DNA from: Amphiscolops sp. MND2022
Taxonomy: Eukaryota
Length of the DNA: 64,000 nucleotides
Assembly (NCBI GenBank): GCA_964187785.1
Contig: OZ076416.1
Location: forward strand, 3,348,001-3,412,000
Direction: 5' to 3'
Shown one piece after another: positions 58,400-64,000 of the stretch. The notes beneath the pieces were generated by a model. It was given only the letters and a program-made list of their open reading frames with translations. It was not told the DNA's origin and did no database searches. The position numbers were made by a program, and so were the translations under genes. Numbering within the stretch: position 1 is the stretch's first letter; each line of letters opens with the position of its first letter.

Positions 58400-61100
58400 T
58401 TTAGATTATCATTTTGAAGATGTTTTAGTGGTACTAGAAACTTTGACACCTAAACTTGATAAAATGGCAATTGCACAAACTTGGATGACAGAAGAAGACC
58501 CATTAGAAGAATTTCAAATCGATTGATACCAGCCCATTGTTTCGAATCCCCGTAAAGAATTAAAACGGCGATCGAAGGGTGTTGCTTTTCATTTCAAAGA
58601 AGGAATGCAATATGAGCCAATAGAAACTTCCATTGATATTGAGAGCCAGCAAATCAGAGTGAAATACGATCACGACGTAGCCAAATTTTTTGTGTAATAT
58701 ATCGGCTTGATTCGTCCAGGCTGACAAAATTCAAACCAAATTTGGAGGAACTCTTCTTTTTCCTAAAACCACTCAGCTTTGAAAATTTTATATTCGGTTA
58801 GTTAGTTATGTTAATCAGTTATGAAGTCAGTTATGAAAATCTTCTCAATTCAATTGATTGCAAAACACAGAATACTCTACCCACTAGTGTTACACCAACA
58901 ACGAAAAGTAGTTTAGACCACTAGATTGCGGATGATGAAGTGTACACGCAAGCGATTGAAACAACTATAAACGATCATTTCTCTGTTGTGGCATCAATTC
59001 CTCTTACTTCTCGTAAATCATACAAAAAAGAACTGGAAAAGAAAAAAGTCAGAAAAATCAAGAACTTGAAAGGCGATAATGCATTGATTTTGCTCTTTCT
59101 ACTCGATCAAAAGCATAAAACAATTCAATGAACATTATGCACTGAAATGCGAGCCCAAATGTTGTGCAAAAAATATTTGAATCTATCGATATGTTTGCAC
59201 CGGAAAAAGAAGTTGTCATTAAAAATGAATTGAACTCGTGGATTACCAACGAAATTGAAAACGCAATGATCAAACGAGATTACCTCTTCGGAAAATTGCT
59301 TGAAAATCCAAACTTTAAAAATCTTGTCGAGTATTAAAACCAACGGTATGTAGTAACCCAAAAAAATACCTCTTGCTAAAAAGGAAGTTTCAAAAAACTA
59401 GGTCTTAATCCAACAGCAAAACATATTTACCGGACATTGAAATCAAAAAGCTTCAATAAATGTAACAGCCTTGTACTGTTTTGCCTGATCTTGACCATTT
59501 GAATAACTACTTTGTGTCTGTTGGTGGAATTCTGTCATCCAATTTACCTGTAATTGAGAACAATGCTAAAATTGCCAGCAATGAGGAAACCATGTTCGTG
59601 TATTCCACTGATCTGATGAGTTCGAAGTTTCGAAACTACTTAAAAACATGAAAAATAAAATAATGACTGGTGAAGATGGGATAAGTAATGAGATGTTGAA
59701 GCGTTGCTCCCCCCATAATAGAACCTCATATTGCAACATTGTTCAACAACAACTGTATTGAAGAAGGGATTTTTCCGATTGCTTCAAAACAGCTAAAAGA
59801 ATACCATATATAAATAGGGTGATCTCAAAGGCCCTGTTGGTTACAGACCAATCAGTCTTTTAAGTTCATTGAGCAAAAATTTCGTAAAATTGTTGCACAA
59901 AAGAATGATGAATTTTCGTGAGTCAAAAACCCTTCTATTTGGAGCTCAGCTTGGGTCTAGATCTAAAATGTTTTGCCTTCATACTATTGCTATTGTTACT
60001 GAATACATAGGAGCAGCTATAGAAAAGAAAACAGTTATGTCAACCTTGTTTTACTGATTTGCACTTCGATACACCCAATCATAGAATACTTTTCTAGAAA
60101 ATGGGAAATTATGGTTCCAGAGGTAAAATCTTGAGCCTTATTGCCAGGGTGGAGGAAGGCGTCATTTTGTGTATGACAATGGGAGAACAACATCAAAGCG
60201 ACTGAATACTACGGGTGCGCCACAGGGATCTGTGTTAGGGCCTTTTTCTTTTTAACATAAATGATCTACCGACTGTCATTGAAGAAAGTAAAGTAACCAT
60301 GTTTGCTGATGATACATTTCTCTTGAAAAGTGGGAAGAAAGGCAAACTTTTATAACCACCAGATGTTGAAAAATTATCAAAATAGGTCAATAATAACAAA
60401 TTAAACATCAAGGTTGAGAAAAGTGATATTATTTCATTTGATGTTGGAGTACCACTAGAACCTCATTTATTGGAGAAACCTTTGACTTATGAAAAGTTAT
60501 GCAAATACTTAGAGCTGCACCAAGATGGATCGTTGAGTTGAGATTTCGTGAGCAGATAGATTATGTTGTCAAAAGACTTAATAGGTTTTGTGGCCTAATA
60601 TATGGAATACGAGAGCAATACACTAGGTCCTCGCTTTTCATGTTCTTTATTTCGTTTGCCAAGTCTGTCATAAGCTAGACTTCAATATTATATGGAACTG
60701 CTGCTAAAACTAACCTAATGAAAGATGAAAATGCTCAACGCAGAACTCTTGGAGCTATTCTTCAGGCAAAAGTTCGATTCGTTAAACCACATCAAGAACG
60801 AACACAAGATCCACACTGTATTTGAAATGTATATATCGGAATTGATCAAAGAGATGTTCAAACAAATTAAATCGAAGTCTCCTGTACAATTTTTCACACC
60901 ACATACATGCAAAGCGTCCCATTTTACAATTCGTGGGAGCTCAAAAAACAATATTATCTCGAAATACCATCAAACGTAAATGTCTGGTAATTTTTTTCGG
61001 AAAATTTATATTTATTTGTTGAACTCGGATTTGATACCGAAAAACCTATTGAAGATGGCTTAACAGAAATGAAGTCATATGTTGACAGTGTTAGTCTATT
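58400..61100 (+). mobile_element. Heavily degraded non-LTR retrotransposon ORF2 (APE-RT, L2/CR1-like)
   Basis: Fragments in mixed frames: MAIAQTW (APE), DHFSV, SWITNEI...KRD, GEDGISNEMLK, YRPISLLSSLSK, PQGSVLGP (60219-60243), MFADDT (60299-60316). Boundaries approximate. Confidence 0.85.
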
Positions 61101-62149
61101 GTATGTACACTGTTGTTCCTCTTGTTTTTCTCAAATCTTTTTCAATTGACAGTATCAGCCCTGTGATTTTCCGTCTATAATGATTTAATGTTTCGCAAAA
61201 CCTTCTCGGCATGTTTATACGTAAAAAATGATTTTTCTACATTGAAGAGTGGGTATCCAGGCTTAGTAAATTCTTTTTTCTGAAAATGTCTGTACAAAGA
61301 ATATTCCACACCAGTTTTCGAATTTTCTACGAAAAAAAAATATGACTAGACTGCATGTTTCAATGCTGCATGGTAGAAGAAAATGTAGTTTTGACTACTA
61401 TACTTGTTCGAGTCACGGCAGTATACTAACTTTTTTCAAACTCAATCGCTGAAAGGGCCAAATTCACTTTATATTTTTTTCGTCCACACAGGGTATGCAA
61501 CGGCAAGCTCTCACCGTTGCTTCTCCGTCGGCAGAGATGGATGGAGGAACCCATGACATGGGTATTTGCCTGGGACAGGCGCAAATAGCCATTAGCCCAT
61601 TTTGCCCCTTTGTGTTCAAAATTGCCCCTTCAGATGAGGATTCCTCTTCGTGTGAAGTACTCGCCGGTCTGATTCAATCTCTAATTGCTATCAGTAACGT
61701 GAAGTACGCTTTGACTTCGAAACTACCGCTTAGATAGCCTTTAAAATGTGACGGTGTTAGAAGTGAACTTTTTCTGTCAAAAGACATGATGAAGAGTAGC
61801 TAATGAGCTAATACAACAACAAAAGGATTGTTACAGCACGATTGACTTTGTACGGCAACAATTTGTGCGAGCACGAGCACTGAATGCTTGTTCAGGCGAA
61901 CTGACTCATTTAGGTAACTATCACCGTTAAACTAAACCGTTAAACCGGTAACTATCAATTTGCTAAAGGGGCGCCAGTTTGAACAAAGTCTGTTTTGGCG
62001 TGATTAGCATGTTTGTTAATTCAGTCTTCTCGAGCACAATCTCTAATCTTTTCTCGATTCGCTCTCCGTCTGAGTATTTGTCTGGGTTTGATGGCGAATT
62101 GATGTTCTGATCCTTTGCATTTCACTTAGCAGGTCTTTTTAAAGACACC

Positions 62150-63230
62150 CCTACTTGAAACTGCAGGAACTTTTTACATGCTGCAGTCCTGCATGCAGGG
62201 TAATTTTTTATAAAACCTAGAAAATTAAGCGAACTTCATATGGTAAGTCATGTACAATTACACTGCATTTTCCACTCCTGCAATTAAATTTGAAAATAAA
62301 TTCTACTACATCACCGATACGGTCAGTTTGTATTTACACTTTGTTTTCTCAACTACTCGTCTGATGTGATCACCGCTTCTCAAACAGCACGCTGAATATG
62401 ACGCTAATTGGCAGTTTATTAGGCGACTGAAGTCATTTTGCAATGAATTAGCTTTAAAATTGATAGCAACTTATTTGCTTTTTAAATTATAGCTGCTGCT
62501 CAATGAAACCTGCAAAACTTCAATGCTTAAAATTGTGCTAAAACTTTGATGAATCTTTCAAGCAGCTTGATAAAAGGGAAATACAACAGGGAAGTATTTT
62601 CGCATGAAAGTTTCTGTAAGAGTTTTAGAAAATTATAATAAAAGTTACTGGCAACATTAAAGTACATGCAAAAAGTTCAAGCAGTTTCATCTAGGGACGG
62701 AAGCGATCAGCGGCTGATTGAAAATCGCAAATTCTAGTTCCTTGAACGAATTTTTCAGTCTCTCATAGGTGAACGTTACAGTAGACCAAGGAAGTATTTG
62801 ATTTCGATTGCTTAAAATTTTTGGCTATTTCTTACCATGCGATGGTTTCATGCCTGGACACATAGGAAAACGCCATGAACTAGGATACGTCTCAACCAAA
62901 TTACCACTAGTCTTCGTAGATAGTTGAATCAAAGTTAACATGATGATGATTCCATGAATTCGATAACCTATTAGGCGGAAATTCAACTGACTCTTCGAGA
63001 AAAAGTTATTCTAGCTCAATTTTTTTGCTAATAACCGCTTCTCAAAATGACGCTAATTTGCAGTTTATTACTTGACTGAAGTTAGTTTGCATTAAAATGG
63101 TGGTAAAATTGACAGCAAAACACAGTGGCATAAGAAATTATAACCATTTCTTTCAGAATACAACAAGAATTTATTTTCGCATGAAAGTTTCTGAAAGAGT
63201 TTTAGAAAATCTTAATAAAAGTTGGTTCCA
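62150..63230 (+). repeat. Two diverged fragments of the repeat found inside 34686-35598
   Basis: GAACTTTTT(T)ACATGCTGCAG.CCTGC.TGCAGGGTA at 34746 and 62166; CCGCT.CTCAAA..GACGCTAATT and TTTCGCATGAAAGTTTCTG.AAGAGTTTTAGAAAAT recur at 62370-62640 and 63035-63210. Confidence 0.7.
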
Positions 63231-64000
63231 GGAAGACAACACAATGAAAAAGTAAAATGTGAACAAAAACCTTTGAATGATAGTTTTTCTGCAAAGAATT
63301 TATATTTCGCACTGCCAAAAAAGCCAAAAGGGAGATAAGTAAGTGTTTTTTACAATTCCCAAGCTCGACCGTTTTTTGCGCTCGGTCTTGACTGAAAATT
63401 GGTTCCTAAATTGAGTTCAGCCAGTAATCCTTAAGACAAACGTTAACTTTTAATGATTGAATTTCACCCTAAAATGGATTTACAACCCTGGTTGAAAGCT
63501 AAGTTTTGTCTGGAAATTATCTGGAAATTATTGTCATCTGGCTCATTTAAGTGTCTAGTAGTAAGTAAGCCAGAATCAACTTCTAAATTTCCATATTTTG
63601 ATTCGATTGCGCATGTTCTAACTTGGTTGCGAAACAGGTATGTGTATAATACATTGGCATGAATGGGATTGTTAGAAATTGCAAGTTTGAGAAAGGGTTT
63701 TGGCTTCTGAAAATATCTCCGGTTTTCGGTATCCAGTCCAAACTCCTGGAAATCGTCGTCTGAACCAGCATTCTGATCACCTGGTGATAATTTATTCAGT
63801 TATAACCAGTTTAGTGATCAATCGTTCTCACTGTTCGGCTGTGGTATGTTTACAAGTAGGGGTTTTACACATACGTTTGGCAATATATTTAAACGGTTTT
63901 ATAGTTTTATAAAACGTTTCTTATATGAAGGCTTTTCTCGGGTGCTTGCTGAATTCGTTAGAACTGGCTATAAATTGTTCCACTCAGTAACTTGTAAATG

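Noticed and set aside
61495-61737. Possible host exon after a strong acceptor (TTTTTTCGTCCACACAG) near 61490
   Set aside because: No recognisable protein in any frame and no neighbouring exons identified.

Overview
AT-rich eukaryotic DNA with GT-AG introns, probably from an invertebrate animal; I cannot identify the species from the sequence. About two-thirds of the window is three very large Ty3/Gypsy LTR retrotransposons carrying unusual cargo. Element A2 (37419-56588, minus strand, 19.2 kb) is near-intact. In order it has a 5' LTR, a tRNA-Lys-like PBS, a 3.1-kb leader, then Gag, a tandem dead+live protease, RT, RNase H, integrase, an AT-hook/Cys tail and a TARG1-like macrodomain. A 1449-aa non-Env ORF3 with an SGNH-like domain, a PPT and the 3' LTR follow. 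A2 is flanked by a 1703-bp direct duplication of host DNA instead of a short TSD. Element A1 (about 9095-15670, plus strand) is a decayed, 5'-truncated, divergent relative of A2 that keeps the macrodomain, ORF3, PPT and LTR. Element B (16385-32390, minus strand, 16 kb) has gag and a -1 frameshifted pol. Between pol and its 3' LTR it carries a five-exon antisense gene that resembles a catalytically dead hAT transposase, a palindromic minisatellite and an orphan sense ORF running into the LTR. The rest of the window holds one intronless GT31-like host gene, a decayed L2/CR1-type LINE, MITEs, hairpins and minisatellites. All domain calls are by-eye motif recognition, not database searches. The isolated indels and stops in A2 and B could be real mutations or sequencing errors.
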